DNA of 64,000 bases from Patescibacteria group bacterium (GTDB lineage: Bacteria; Patescibacteriota; CPR2; UBA1875; CAIMLA01), in NCBI GenBank assembly GCA_041738615.1, contig JBGSPL010000004.1, positions 129,203-193,202 on the forward strand. Reading direction: 5' to 3'. This document shows, one piece after another, positions 1 through 9,330 of the stretch (position 1 is its first letter; every line of letters starts with the position of its first letter). A program made the translations under genes and the position numbers. The notes beneath the pieces are model-generated. The model was not told the origin of the DNA. It made no database searches and saw nothing but the letters and a program-made list of their open reading frames with translations.

Positions 1-792
1 AATATTGATAGGGCTGTTTTTAACATTAGGGGAACAATTATTACGGAAAAGGACGCCCCACGACTACCAAAGGGAGTTATTCCAGTAATCTTTGATTTTG
101 AGAAGAAAGAAACATTCCTAAGCGCACTGGATGGTGTTACCAAAGTATTTCTCATGCGACCACCACAGATGGGTGACCCGAAACATATATACCCATTTAT
201 CGATGCCTTCAAAGATGCTGGAGTTAAGCAGATTGTCTTTTTGTCGCTTTTGGGGGTTCAACACAACCCACTTGCACCGCACGGATATTTAGAGAAATAT
301 ATTGTTAAATCGGGTATTCCCTATACGTTACTTCGACCAAGCTTCTTTATGCAAAATCTTTCCACTACCCACTGTAAAGACATCAGGGAGTGCGATGAAA
401 TTGTTGTCCCTGCAGGTAGGGGCAAAACAAGCTTTATTGACGCCCGAGATATTGGAGCGTTTGGTGCCAAGGTGTTTGAGAATGAACAATATCTAAACAA
501 AGCATACGACCTGACGGGTAGTGAAGCACTGGACTACTATCAGGTCGCCGAGATACTGTCCAAAGCGACCGGAAAGAAAATTACTTATACCAACCCTTCC
601 TCTTCAGTATTCGGCAAACGAATGGAAGGCGAGGGGTCTGCCAAAGATTTTGTCACAGTGATGAAGGGTATTTATTTGGTAGCTAAACTTGGGTTAGCGG
701 GCAAAGTGACAAATGAATTTGCAAATGTGATGGGCAGGCAACCGATCACATTTAAACAATTCGCCGAGGATAACAAAGATCTATTTATTTAG
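1..792 (+). CDS. NmrA-family NAD(P)-binding SDR-like protein, 5' end outside window
   Basis: Frame is open from base 1; NmrA-like motifs LRPSFFMQN, IDARDIG, YDLTGSEAL. Confidence 0.8.
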   Translation, partial: NIDRAVFNIRGTIITEKDAPRLPKGVIPVIFDFEKKETFLSALDGVTKVFLMRPPQMGDPKHIYPFIDAFKDAGVKQIVFLSLLGVQHNPLAPHGYLEKYIVKSGIPYTLLRPSFFMQNLSTTHCKDIRECDEIVVPAGRGKTSFIDARDIGAFGAKVFENEQYLNKAYDLTGSEALDYYQVAEILSKATGKKITYTNPSSSVFGKRMEGEGSAKDFVTVMKGIYLVAKLGLAGKVTNEFANVMGRQPITFKQFAEDNKDLFI

Positions 793-1164
793 TAAGCGAC
801 CGATAAAGAATTTGGTAGCGTAATCTATCGGAATGAGAATAACAATTAGATAACTAAACCAAGTTTTGGGGTCCTTAAAGTAGTTTTGGCTTTCTATGGG
901 GCCGATTATTCTTGTCGTGACCAGGACATCAAAGATAATCACAATAACCATCCAAACTATTCCATATCTCAGGGCTTCTAGGACTGTTTTTGGGTTGGCC
1001 ATTTTAGAAATTAAATAGAGTGAGGCGATATTAAAAGTAATGACAAAAACCCATGGGAACCCCTGTGTGGCGTCCTGCTTGAAAAGCATCATTATCGCAA
1101 CGGCAAGGAAAACAATTACGAAAACCAAGAGCGGTAGAGCTAGGTATGTTAAGGACTTTTTCAT
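781..1164 (-). CDS. Small membrane protein (about 4 TM)
   Basis: 127-aa hydrophobic ORF; TAGAAT just upstream of ATG. Confidence 0.65.
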   Translation of the reverse strand: MKKSLTYLALPLLVFVIVFLAVAIMMLFKQDATQGFPWVFVITFNIASLYLISKMANPKTVLEALRYGIVWMVIVIIFDVLVTTRIIGPIESQNYFKDPKTWFSYLIVILIPIDYATKFFIGRLLNK

Positions 1165-1209
1165 AAATTAATTCTAACATAAAACAGGTTCAAGCATTTA
1201 GTTAAAATG

Positions 1210-1238
1210 AAAATAATACCTTTTCCAAGGTATTATTT
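1210..1238 (-). terminator. Terminator hairpin after tmRNA
   Basis: AAAATAATACC-N8-GGTATTATTTT inverted repeat directly after the CCA end. Confidence 0.6.
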
Positions 1239-1634
1239 TGGTGGAGCTGGTGGGTACCGCCCCCACGTCCGAAAGCGAATTCGAAATAATTTGTAACAAT
1301 CATACTCGTGACTGGTAGTTTTGGTGCTGATGGTCAAGTCTCGAGAAAATCCATCGGCCTTATCCTCTAGAGTTTCAGGCTAGCTTAGAGAAGTCACTAG
1401 CCCTACCCCTGACATATATGGCACTCAGTAGCGAACGATTCAGGTCTCACTCACAAGAGCGGTTACTGCGTATTAGGCAGCAACTGGTGCAAAGCTGTTT
1501 ACGCTGAAAGCGCTAGCAACCTTACTAACAAAGTTTTTTGCAACTATGTTTGATCTGCTGAATAACGCGGACAGACCACCGCGGATTGCATCATTTCGAT
1601 TTCAAGATACCTTCGTCGAAGCTAGTTCAGCCCC
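1239..1634 (-). ncRNA. ssrA: tmRNA; predicted tag (A)AKNFVSKVASAFSVNSFAPVAA*
   Basis: Minus strand begins GGGGCTGAACTAGCTTCGAC and ends CAGCTCCACCA (Ala-type acceptor with G3-U70); ATAGTT-GCA resume context; tag ends in AA-stop; smpB is in the window. Confidence 0.95.
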
Positions 1635-1689
1635 CCGAGCCGTCCACCTACCCTGTAGGAGGATGGCGCGGAGTGCAAAATGCCTCATA

Positions 1690-1718
1690 AATATAACACA
1701 AATGAGTGTAAAAGTCAA
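1690..1718 (-). promoter_or_regulatory. sigma70 promoter of ssrA
   Basis: TTGACT-17-TATATT with extended TG. Confidence 0.7.
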
Positions 1719-1818
1719 GATTAACTCAGGCACGAAGAAGGCCCGTATAGATGCGAGCCGGCGCTTTGTGGGCGCGAGCCAACTTCGATAACGGGCCCTT
1801 GTGAGGAAAGCTGATGTG

Positions 1819-2058
1819 TTAGCTTCCTCGGAGCTGAACGTGCGACACAAACCGGGTGGTGATGATTGGGAAGATCCCGAGCAGGTACCACTTGGTACGA
1901 ATCTGGATTCCCCCGGGGACGTGATCGATGTGACGATACGTTGGTGTGGATACCGGGACCGCTTCCCAGTACTGCGTTTTCGTGGCTGCTGTCACACTCT
2001 TTGTCGTCAAGTTGCTCGACAAAGCCGCAACTTTGCTATCCGAAGTCCTTCGCTTCAT
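1819..2058 (-). CDS. Small orphan protein (GC-rich islet A)
   Basis: TTGACT-16-TATAAT (2147..2120), GGAGATG SD-like sequence before ATG 2058, long hairpin plus U-rich tail at about 1735-1800. Confidence 0.55.
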   Translation of the reverse strand: MKRRTSDSKVAALSSNLTTKSVTAATKTQYWEAVPVSTPTYRHIDHVPGGIQIRTKWYLLGIFPIITTRFVSHVQLRGS

Positions 2059-2148
2059 GCGAATCATCTCCAAGGTTCGTGCTCATCGAGCAGATGCCGA
2101 ACTATTTCGGCTAATGTGTATTATAGCACAAATATACAAAAAGTCAAG

Positions 2149-3933
2149 TTATTTCTTGCGTGGTTTGGCGAGAACTTGTTTGCCAATTTCCGATGCGAGA
2201 AAGTAGCCTGTCCGTAGCCAGCCCTTGCGTGGGTTGAATCGGACATTTTGCTTGCCGGGATACCCTGACTTTAGCTGTGACTTTGAACTTAGCACTGACT
2301 CCTGATCAATCTCCGATAAAATTTCGTATTGTAGCTTCTTTTGCCACATATATTTCGGTGCTTCGTTATCTTTCCGCTTGGCCATATTTCTCTTAATATC
2401 CAAAATGGCGGTTATGGTCCAACCCTGTTCATGCTCGGGAGCGAATTGGTCGACAATCTCGCCGTCGCTACCAGTCTTCTTACTTACGTAGTCCAGAATG
2501 GGGTGGCCCTCTTTGTTCACAAAGAAAAATTCGTAGTGTTTACCTGCCATATTGACTCCGTTTAGGAGGCGTGTTTCGAGCTGTTCCGCTAGTCTTGGTA
2601 ACCCTTGGCGACGGAATCCCTTCGCAATCTTGTAGGTGTCGATAGGCCAGCTTACCAGGCTCCCGTGATAGTCTGCCACTGTGAAACCATCGGCATACTT
2701 GAGAGCTCGGGTTCTGATGCCGACGTCGGTAATAAACTCTTTGGAAAACAGCTGTTTGGTGATAGGCGTAATGTATTTTTGTTTTTCCTCTTCGGTGAGG
2801 TCGTCAAACAGCGAGGAGTCCAGTAGTCTGCCGCAGCTAGACTCAAGGGTGGTGACAGGTACCATCTCCCTATTTACGTCTTCTTCGAGACAGCTTATGA
2901 AAAAGTTGTTCTTAGCAGAATACATTTTTTCTCTGGTGTTTATCCTAATTCCCTGGGCTTTATTTCGAAGTTGCTCCGCTTTGTCTTTGTCTGCTTCAAG
3001 CGAAGCAGTAGAATCCAAGGCATCGATACAAAGAGATTGAATCTCGGGGTAAATTATCCGACCAGTGATATTTGCTAGGCTCCCATCGGGTTTCAGAATT
3101 GCGGTTAGAGAGTCCTTCCAGGTTTGTCCAAAATAGTTACCCTTTTTGTTTCGGCGCTCAACCTCTACTAGGCCCTCTGAACCAATATGGGAGGTAATCC
3201 ATCCCGCTGCACCTTCTACGGTATCTCGTATGGTCGCTGTTTCCTGGTCGTTTCTAACGACTTGTTGGTCCAGAATCTCTTCACCGTACAAAGAACAATA
3301 TTTACTAACGAGAAGAAGATAGAGGGGGGTAGAATCGGCAGCAAAGTAGGTAGTTTTCCACTCTGAATCAGAACTTCCTACCCAGGCTCTTTCGACTGCC
3401 TTGCCAATAGTTCTCTGTAGAAATCCACTGCCGTAAGCTTGATTTCTTGACTCGTGATGTATCTTTCCCGGTGACTCCTCTGTCTTTGCATTTTCTTTCG
3501 TGCCTTGTCTTTCTGCGAGTGAAACAATGATTTTAGTCGCTAGTTCCTGGTTGTGCTCTACTACTTCCAGACCAATCTCGGCCGAGTCACGCCCAAAGAC
3601 GGCCTGATCATACTTGCCTTCGGCACTAGCGCTCACACCATTCTCAGTTTCCACCTGTTTTAGTCCCTTGAGGGCGCTTGGCGGCACACACTGAGAAGCA
3701 GGGACTTCTGTCTGGGCAGGCTGCTCTGAAATAGCACCATCATCGCAAATAGTGAGATCTGGCGCCGTCCAGGCAGGTAGGGATTCGCCGGTTTCTACCG
3801 AGGCATGTTCTACTACAGTGGACTCTGGAATAACCTCTCCGTGGGCCTTCATAGCTTCTGCAACTTTCTCTTTGGCGTCAAAATCTGGAGTATTTGCTTC
3901 AGGCAAAGCGGGGTGGTTCTCAGCTAGCATCAC
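2149..3933 (-). CDS. Amylo-alpha-1,6-glucosidase / glycogen-debranching-like glycoside hydrolase
   Basis: Motifs PGKIHHE, DSTPLY, QTWKDS, YHGSLVSWP, EQGWT typical of the GDE C-terminal domain. Confidence 0.8.
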   Translation of the reverse strand: MMLAENHPALPEANTPDFDAKEKVAEAMKAHGEVIPESTVVEHASVETGESLPAWTAPDLTICDDGAISEQPAQTEVPASQCVPPSALKGLKQVETENGVSASAEGKYDQAVFGRDSAEIGLEVVEHNQELATKIIVSLAERQGTKENAKTEESPGKIHHESRNQAYGSGFLQRTIGKAVERAWVGSSDSEWKTTYFAADSTPLYLLLVSKYCSLYGEEILDQQVVRNDQETATIRDTVEGAAGWITSHIGSEGLVEVERRNKKGNYFGQTWKDSLTAILKPDGSLANITGRIIYPEIQSLCIDALDSTASLEADKDKAEQLRNKAQGIRINTREKMYSAKNNFFISCLEEDVNREMVPVTTLESSCGRLLDSSLFDDLTEEEKQKYITPITKQLFSKEFITDVGIRTRALKYADGFTVADYHGSLVSWPIDTYKIAKGFRRQGLPRLAEQLETRLLNGVNMAGKHYEFFFVNKEGHPILDYVSKKTGSDGEIVDQFAPEHEQGWTITAILDIKRNMAKRKDNEAPKYMWQKKLQYEILSEIDQESVLSSKSQLKSGYPGKQNVRFNPRKGWLRTGYFLASEIGKQVLAKPRKK

Positions 3934-4969
3934 TCATACCCTCCTTGTCGTTAAATGACTTCAACCTCTGAAGGTAGATGAAACCAAGCCCAAGTGGGGC
4001 CCAGAAATTGAGCCCTCTGTAGGTGATAGAGATGGCAGTAGCACTGATGAGAGGTACACCAAAGGATGTGAATATTAGGACGAGTACGGCTTCTACGGCA
4101 CCTACTCCTTCCGGGTGTGGTGAAACGACACGAACAACCTCTGCAAATACATATCCAGCGATGATAGCACCATAGTGGATATGGATATCGAAAGCTGCGA
4201 AAACCACAAAGAGGGAAGTCACGTTCACGACATGGGCGAGGAGAGCGAAAGCTAGCGTTTCGGCAATCTTTTTGCCATGTCCATAGAGAGCCTCGGACGC
4301 AATAGTGAGCTCACCTACGATATGGGTAGCCCAATCTGCCGGTAGTTTTTTCTGTATTTTTAACTTGTGACAAATGTAGTTGAAAGTTTTTGCTAGAAAA
4401 TTCAAAAAGGAGGTAGTAGCTCGAGTCTTCTTGGTAGCAGTCAGAAGTAGTAAGGGAGGCAGAATAGTGGGAATGACGAAGATAGAGGCGCCAAACACTT
4501 CATAGCTATTTAGTAAACCGGACTTTTGTAGGAAGACGATGGCAAAGATCAGAAGAACAAAAAACGAAGAGTAGCTGGAGACAGTACTCACTAAATATCC
4601 CACCACAGCCTTGGTAGAGGATTCCCTCCTTCTTACAGCATCATCTGCAAAAAGGATAGTACCAGAGTTCCCGGCGGTCGGCGCCAGCGTGTTTACAAAA
4701 AGCGAACCGAGGACGAGAGGGAAGAGATCTTTGATATCCCTCTTTATGTCTACCGTCTCAAACGCCTTTTGGGTCATTAGGGAAAAAATGTAGTAGTAAA
4801 GTACTTGGGTTGCGGCGGCGAGAAGTAGCCAGCGCCAGCTACCCTGAGATAGGGCATTGATTACAGCGAGGAGTTCCTTCCAGTTTATGTAAGCGTAAAC
4901 TAGAAAGGTGAGAAGCAAGGCTCCTAAAAATAATTTTCGTTTAGAAACTTTAAAGTGTAGTATCTTCAA
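3920..4969 (-). CDS. Lysylphosphatidylglycerol-synthase TM-domain (UPF0104, flippase-like) protein
   Basis: Multi-TM; PEGVGAVE and YRGLNFWAP motifs. Confidence 0.8.
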   Translation of the reverse strand: MKILHFKVSKRKLFLGALLLTFLVYAYINWKELLAVINALSQGSWRWLLLAAATQVLYYYIFSLMTQKAFETVDIKRDIKDLFPLVLGSLFVNTLAPTAGNSGTILFADDAVRRRESSTKAVVGYLVSTVSSYSSFFVLLIFAIVFLQKSGLLNSYEVFGASIFVIPTILPPLLLLTATKKTRATTSFLNFLAKTFNYICHKLKIQKKLPADWATHIVGELTIASEALYGHGKKIAETLAFALLAHVVNVTSLFVVFAAFDIHIHYGAIIAGYVFAEVVRVVSPHPEGVGAVEAVLVLIFTSFGVPLISATAISITYRGLNFWAPLGLGFIYLQRLKSFNDKEGMSDAS

Positions 4970-5678
4970 GGCTAAACCTGTTTAGATGTCTCTTGTAGAG
5001 ATAGCTCAGACTCACCATATTTAGGAACTGCAGGCCCACAAGGAATATTGGGAAAGCGCGAAAAATATTGAATACCATAAGGTAATCTGCAGCGACACCC
5101 TCCCAGTACGTCATTTTTTCACTTTTTGGTGTGGCGTAGAGGTTTGGTAGATGGACACTAATGAAGGTCTTGCCGCGCTTTAGAAAAGAGTCGTTCATCA
5201 GTACTTCTAGGCCGTAGCCTATTTCGGGTTTGCACCAAATTTCTCTATCTAGCAGCAGTTCCTTTCGAATAGCACGTTCTCCGCTTACAAAATCCATTCG
5301 GAATAGCTTGTATATGAGTGATGAGTTGCCACGATAGCTTATGGTCCAGTCGACCTTGTTTTCGATGACTGGCGAAGCCAAATCGGTAATATTCTGTTCG
5401 GTCAATCCTTTGAGATCGGCATCTAGAAGCACTACGACATCGTATCGGGCTTGTTTAATGCCGCTACGTATAGCCATCGTCTTGCCCTGAGAAACTTTCT
5501 TTTCGATAACTTTCGTATGAAAAGTCTTCGCAATGTCGATCGTCTTGTCCGTAGAACCATCAGAAACAACTATCACCTCGCCTACGAGCGGATGTTTGCA
5601 AACCGGTTTCAAGACGTTTGCCAATCTCGGTTCTTCATTTTTTGCGGCTATAATTACGCTTACTTTATTGTGATGCAT
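4950..5678 (-). CDS. GT2 glycosyltransferase
   Basis: IIAAKNEE, SDGSTD, LDAD motifs; start placed at MHHNK after TATAAT. Confidence 0.85.
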   Translation of the reverse strand: MHHNKVSVIIAAKNEEPRLANVLKPVCKHPLVGEVIVVSDGSTDKTIDIAKTFHTKVIEKKVSQGKTMAIRSGIKQARYDVVVLLDADLKGLTEQNITDLASPVIENKVDWTISYRGNSSLIYKLFRMDFVSGERAIRKELLLDREIWCKPEIGYGLEVLMNDSFLKRGKTFISVHLPNLYATPKSEKMTYWEGVAADYLMVFNIFRAFPIFLVGLQFLNMVSLSYLYKRHLNRFSLEDTTL

Positions 5679-5772
5679 TATGGGTAGTATTATAGCGGAA
5701 AACGGCAATAATTGTTACTAGTTTGCCAATATACTCAGAATATTGTCAGAATTATTGTATAATGATTATAAG

Positions 5773-7074
5773 ATGAAAATAGCCTACCTGACAGATACAT
5801 ATCAGCCAGAAGTAAATGGAATTGTAACGAGTATTACAAATTTCACTACACGTCTTGCGGAGGCAGGCAATGAAGTACTGATTATAGCCCCCAAGTACAA
5901 TCGCAAAAAGGACCAGCCGATACCGAACATCACTATCAAGCGCTACGCCTCGTTTTCCTTTGCGACCAACAAGAACACCCATATCGCATACCCAGCTCTT
6001 TTGGGCATCATCCGGGATCTCCGTGAATTTAAGGCGGATATTGTCCATGTCCAAACCCCGATGAGTATAGGCGTCTCCGGTGTAATCGCAGCCCGAATAC
6101 TCGGGATCAAGCTGGTCCAGACCTATCATACCTACCTTCCCGACTTTATGGTTTATGTGAACCCCTATAACCTGCTTGGGGTGGGCAAGGCATCGGAGCT
6201 TGTTACAAGCTCTCGAGTGTGGAAGAAGATTATCGAGTCGAATGCAGTGGAGAAATTCGCTACCTTCGGAGGTGATACCCTAAAACGTTCGGAGGTGGTG
6301 CGGGCAATCAATAAGCAACTTCGTAGGACCCAGAAGTACCGTGATGGGAAAACAGTCTCGGACCGATTTGCTTGGGATTTTACTCGCATTCTCTATGGCA
6401 GGTCAGACATCGTATTTTCACCATCGATTGCCCTCGCAAAACTACTTACCAGACACAGGGTGGGCGTTCCTAGTATAGATATGAGCAACGGCATAGAATT
6501 TCACCAATTTGCCAAGAAGAAGGATTATCACATTCGCAATAAGATGATTTACGTGGGGCGACTGGGCTTAGAAAAGGGCGTAGATGTTGTCGTGAAAGCT
6601 TTCGCTATTGCCAGAGAGAAGAATCCTGCACTGCGCCTTGACATCTTTGGCGAAGGACCAGCAAAAAAGGAACTGGAAGTGCTCATCGCGAAGCTAGGGA
6701 TCGGTGAGAGTGTTGGGTTTGTTGGTTTCGTGACCCGGCCTACCATCAAAAGGGCGCTCAAGCAGCACGATTTCTTTGTGACGGCTAGTACTATGGAAAC
6801 CCAGGGGTTAGTAATCTTAGAGGCGATGGCCGCAGGCCTTCCTGTGCTCGGTGTCGATGCCCTCGCGGTGCCTGAGCTCGTGCACGATGAGCAGAATGGC
6901 TATCTGGTGAAGCCTAGGGATCCGAAAGAGATGGCCGAGGCTATGCTGAAGCTTACCGAGAGTGCCGCTAGAAACAAAAAATTCGGCCAAAAATCTCTGG
7001 AGTTTGCCGAAGTTCATGATATTTCGAATTGTGTTACAAAGCTGGAATCTGCCTACAAGAAACTATTGTCTTAG
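5773..7074 (+). CDS. GT4 glycosyltransferase (diacylglycerol glucosyltransferase-like)
   Basis: MKIAYLTDTYQPEVNG start and ETQGLVILEAMAAG motif. Confidence 0.85.
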   Translation: MKIAYLTDTYQPEVNGIVTSITNFTTRLAEAGNEVLIIAPKYNRKKDQPIPNITIKRYASFSFATNKNTHIAYPALLGIIRDLREFKADIVHVQTPMSIGVSGVIAARILGIKLVQTYHTYLPDFMVYVNPYNLLGVGKASELVTSSRVWKKIIESNAVEKFATFGGDTLKRSEVVRAINKQLRRTQKYRDGKTVSDRFAWDFTRILYGRSDIVFSPSIALAKLLTRHRVGVPSIDMSNGIEFHQFAKKKDYHIRNKMIYVGRLGLEKGVDVVVKAFAIAREKNPALRLDIFGEGPAKKELEVLIAKLGIGESVGFVGFVTRPTIKRALKQHDFFVTASTMETQGLVILEAMAAGLPVLGVDALAVPELVHDEQNGYLVKPRDPKEMAEAMLKLTESAARNKKFGQKSLEFAEVHDISNCVTKLESAYKKLLS

Positions 7075-7529
7075 CGGACGCTGTCCTTTAGTTCTCGTCT
7101 TGTTTCTATATCTAGCTCTCTATTTTTGATCACGTTACGTTTGTCGTGCTGTTTCTTGCCTCTAGCGAGAGCAACCTCTACCTTGATGAGGCCGTGTGAG
7201 AAATAGATTTTTACCGGCACGATGGTATAGCCGGCAGTTTGAACTTTACTGATAAGCTCCGTGATTTCGCCCTTTTTTAGGAGCAAGCGACGGGCCCGAG
7301 TCGGCTCCGCGTTATTGGCAGCAGCTGGCTTGTAAGGTGAAACGTGAGCATTGTTTAGCCAGATTTGGTTATCCTTGACGCTAGCAAACGATTCCTTGAG
7401 TGATATGTGGCCATCACGAATACTCTTCACCTCTGGACCGATGAGCTCGATACCCGCTTCGAAGACTTCTAGAATCTCGTAGTCAAAGTGGGCTTTTTTA
7501 TTCGTTGCGATGACTTTTATGTTCTGCAT
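7071..7529 (-). CDS. smpB: SsrA-binding protein SmpB
   Basis: NKKAHFDY, EVKSIR, GKKQHDKR motifs. Confidence 0.97.
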   Translation of the reverse strand: MQNIKVIATNKKAHFDYEILEVFEAGIELIGPEVKSIRDGHISLKESFASVKDNQIWLNNAHVSPYKPAAANNAEPTRARRLLLKKGEITELISKVQTAGYTIVPVKIYFSHGLIKVEVALARGKKQHDKRNVIKNRELDIETRRELKDSVR

Positions 7530-7531
7530 GG

Positions 7532-7581
7532 TAGGGCCATTATACTATGATTGACGCTTAATTTCGAGTATAATGGCCCTA
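7532..7581. promoter_or_regulatory. Symmetric divergent promoter for smpB and argS (perfect 15-bp inverted repeat)
   Basis: TAGGGCCATTATACT (7532-7546) and AGTATAATGGCCCTA (7567-7581); each arm contains TATAAT facing a start codon. Confidence 0.75.
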
Positions 7582-9215
7582 TGATAACCGATAAAATAAC
7601 TGAATCAATTTTGTATTCACTTCAGCAAGTCTTTCAGCTTCATCTTAAGAGGGCTGACATCGAGGTCGTACAAACCTCCAGCAGAGAACACGGTGACTAC
7701 GCGAGTAATGTTGCTTTCCGACTGGCAAAGGAGCTTCACAAGAGTCCAAAGGAGATTGCAGAGGAGTTAGCGGTTTCGCTAAACGCTACTGGTGGCTTCA
7801 AAAAGGTTGAGGCCGTGAATGGCTTTGTGAATTTTTACCTAGATCACGAATATTTTCAGGGCATTGCTTCACAGATTTTGAAGGAAAAGGCTCATTATGC
7901 CGACCTGGATATCCTTAAGGGGAAGAAAGTACAAGTAGAGTTTATATCCGCCAATCCTACCGGTCCGCTGACTTTAGCGAACGGAAGAGGTGGTTTTGGT
8001 GGTGATGTACTAGCAAACGTATTTAGCAAAGTGGGCGCCAAAGTCGAACGAGAGTATTATGTCAACGATGGTGGTAATCAGGTAAAACTGCTCGGTGACT
8101 CTATCCTGGCAGCAGCAGGGAAACTAGAACCTTCCGACGATTTTTATAAAGGGCCTTATATCGAGGAATGGGCAAAAGATAACGCGAGAGCGATAGCAGA
8201 GACAAAGGATAGTTTTGCACTTGGTTCTATTGCAGCAGCCGAGCTTCTCGAGAAGAAAATTAAACCATCGGTTTCTCGGATGGGGATCCTCTTTGATCAG
8301 TGGTTCTCTGAAAAGGAGATGATTGACAGAGGCGAGGTAGATGAGGGGATTGAGAATCTCAAAAAATATGGGCACACTTATGAAAAAGACGGCGCTCTAT
8401 GGCTCAAGACCACTGAGAAGGCCGATGATAAAGATCGCGTAATCGTGAAGGCAGATGGCGAAAAGACATATTTCGCAAACGACATTGCTTATCATTTTGA
8501 TAAGTTCTACAAACGCAAATTCGACTTGGTAGTTAATTTCTGGGGTGCCGACCATCACGGTTATGTGGGTAGAATGATGGCTGCGGTGGCGCTTACTGTG
8601 GGTAGTGTGGGTACTTTGAGGATTGCTATCATGCAGATGGTTCGCCTTGTAAAGGATGGCCAGGAATACAAAATGTCGAAACGCAAGGGTACTTATGTCA
8701 CTATGGATGACCTGTTGGAGCTTATCGGGGGTACAGAGTCTGATGCTAGTGACGTTGCCAGATTCTTCTTTCTTTCACGTTCATTCAATACCCATATGGA
8801 CTTCGACCTTGACCTTGCCAAGGAACGGTCCGATAAGAACCCGGTATTCTATGTGAAGTATGCCTATGCCAGACTTTCTGGGATTTTGCGTAACGCAGAA
8901 GCAATGAAATTGCCAAAGCCAGATTTATCACTCCTTGTAGAGCCGCAGGAGACGGAGCTTATCGAGCAGATGGCACAGTTACCTCAGGTAATTGCCAGTA
9001 TCGTTACATTCGATGAGTACCCAGTTCACTTCCTAACCTTTTATGCGATTGATCTTGCGAAGAAGTTTCATGTTTTTTACGATAAATGCCGAGTAATAGA
9101 CGAAGAAAACTTGAGTCTCACGGCCGCACGTATAGAGCTGGTACGAGCAACGCAAATAGTTCTCGGCATCGTAATGCGAGACCTTATTGGGATTGATGCA
9201 CCAGAGAAGATGTAA
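7581..9215 (+). CDS. argS: Arginine--tRNA ligase
   Basis: VEFISANPTGP, WGADHHGY, KMSKRKG, APEKM motifs; start placed at ATG 7581. Confidence 0.97.
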   Translation: MITDKITESILYSLQQVFQLHLKRADIEVVQTSSREHGDYASNVAFRLAKELHKSPKEIAEELAVSLNATGGFKKVEAVNGFVNFYLDHEYFQGIASQILKEKAHYADLDILKGKKVQVEFISANPTGPLTLANGRGGFGGDVLANVFSKVGAKVEREYYVNDGGNQVKLLGDSILAAAGKLEPSDDFYKGPYIEEWAKDNARAIAETKDSFALGSIAAAELLEKKIKPSVSRMGILFDQWFSEKEMIDRGEVDEGIENLKKYGHTYEKDGALWLKTTEKADDKDRVIVKADGEKTYFANDIAYHFDKFYKRKFDLVVNFWGADHHGYVGRMMAAVALTVGSVGTLRIAIMQMVRLVKDGQEYKMSKRKGTYVTMDDLLELIGGTESDASDVARFFFLSRSFNTHMDFDLDLAKERSDKNPVFYVKYAYARLSGILRNAEAMKLPKPDLSLLVEPQETELIEQMAQLPQVIASIVTFDEYPVHFLTFYAIDLAKKFHVFYDKCRVIDEENLSLTAARIELVRATQIVLGIVMRDLIGIDAPEKM

Positions 9216-9330
9216 TTTTTAACCGATGGACTTCTCTGAGCTGAAAGCAATCATCAAAAAACAGTGGCTTTACTTTTTACCACTGTTTATTTTTATTGTC
9301 TTATCCCTAGTCTTTGAGATTGTCAGCTTG

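Noticed and set aside
1546-1850. ORFs 1546-1791(+) and 1602-1850(-)
   Set aside because: They overlap the tmRNA, its promoter and a terminator hairpin; shadow ORFs
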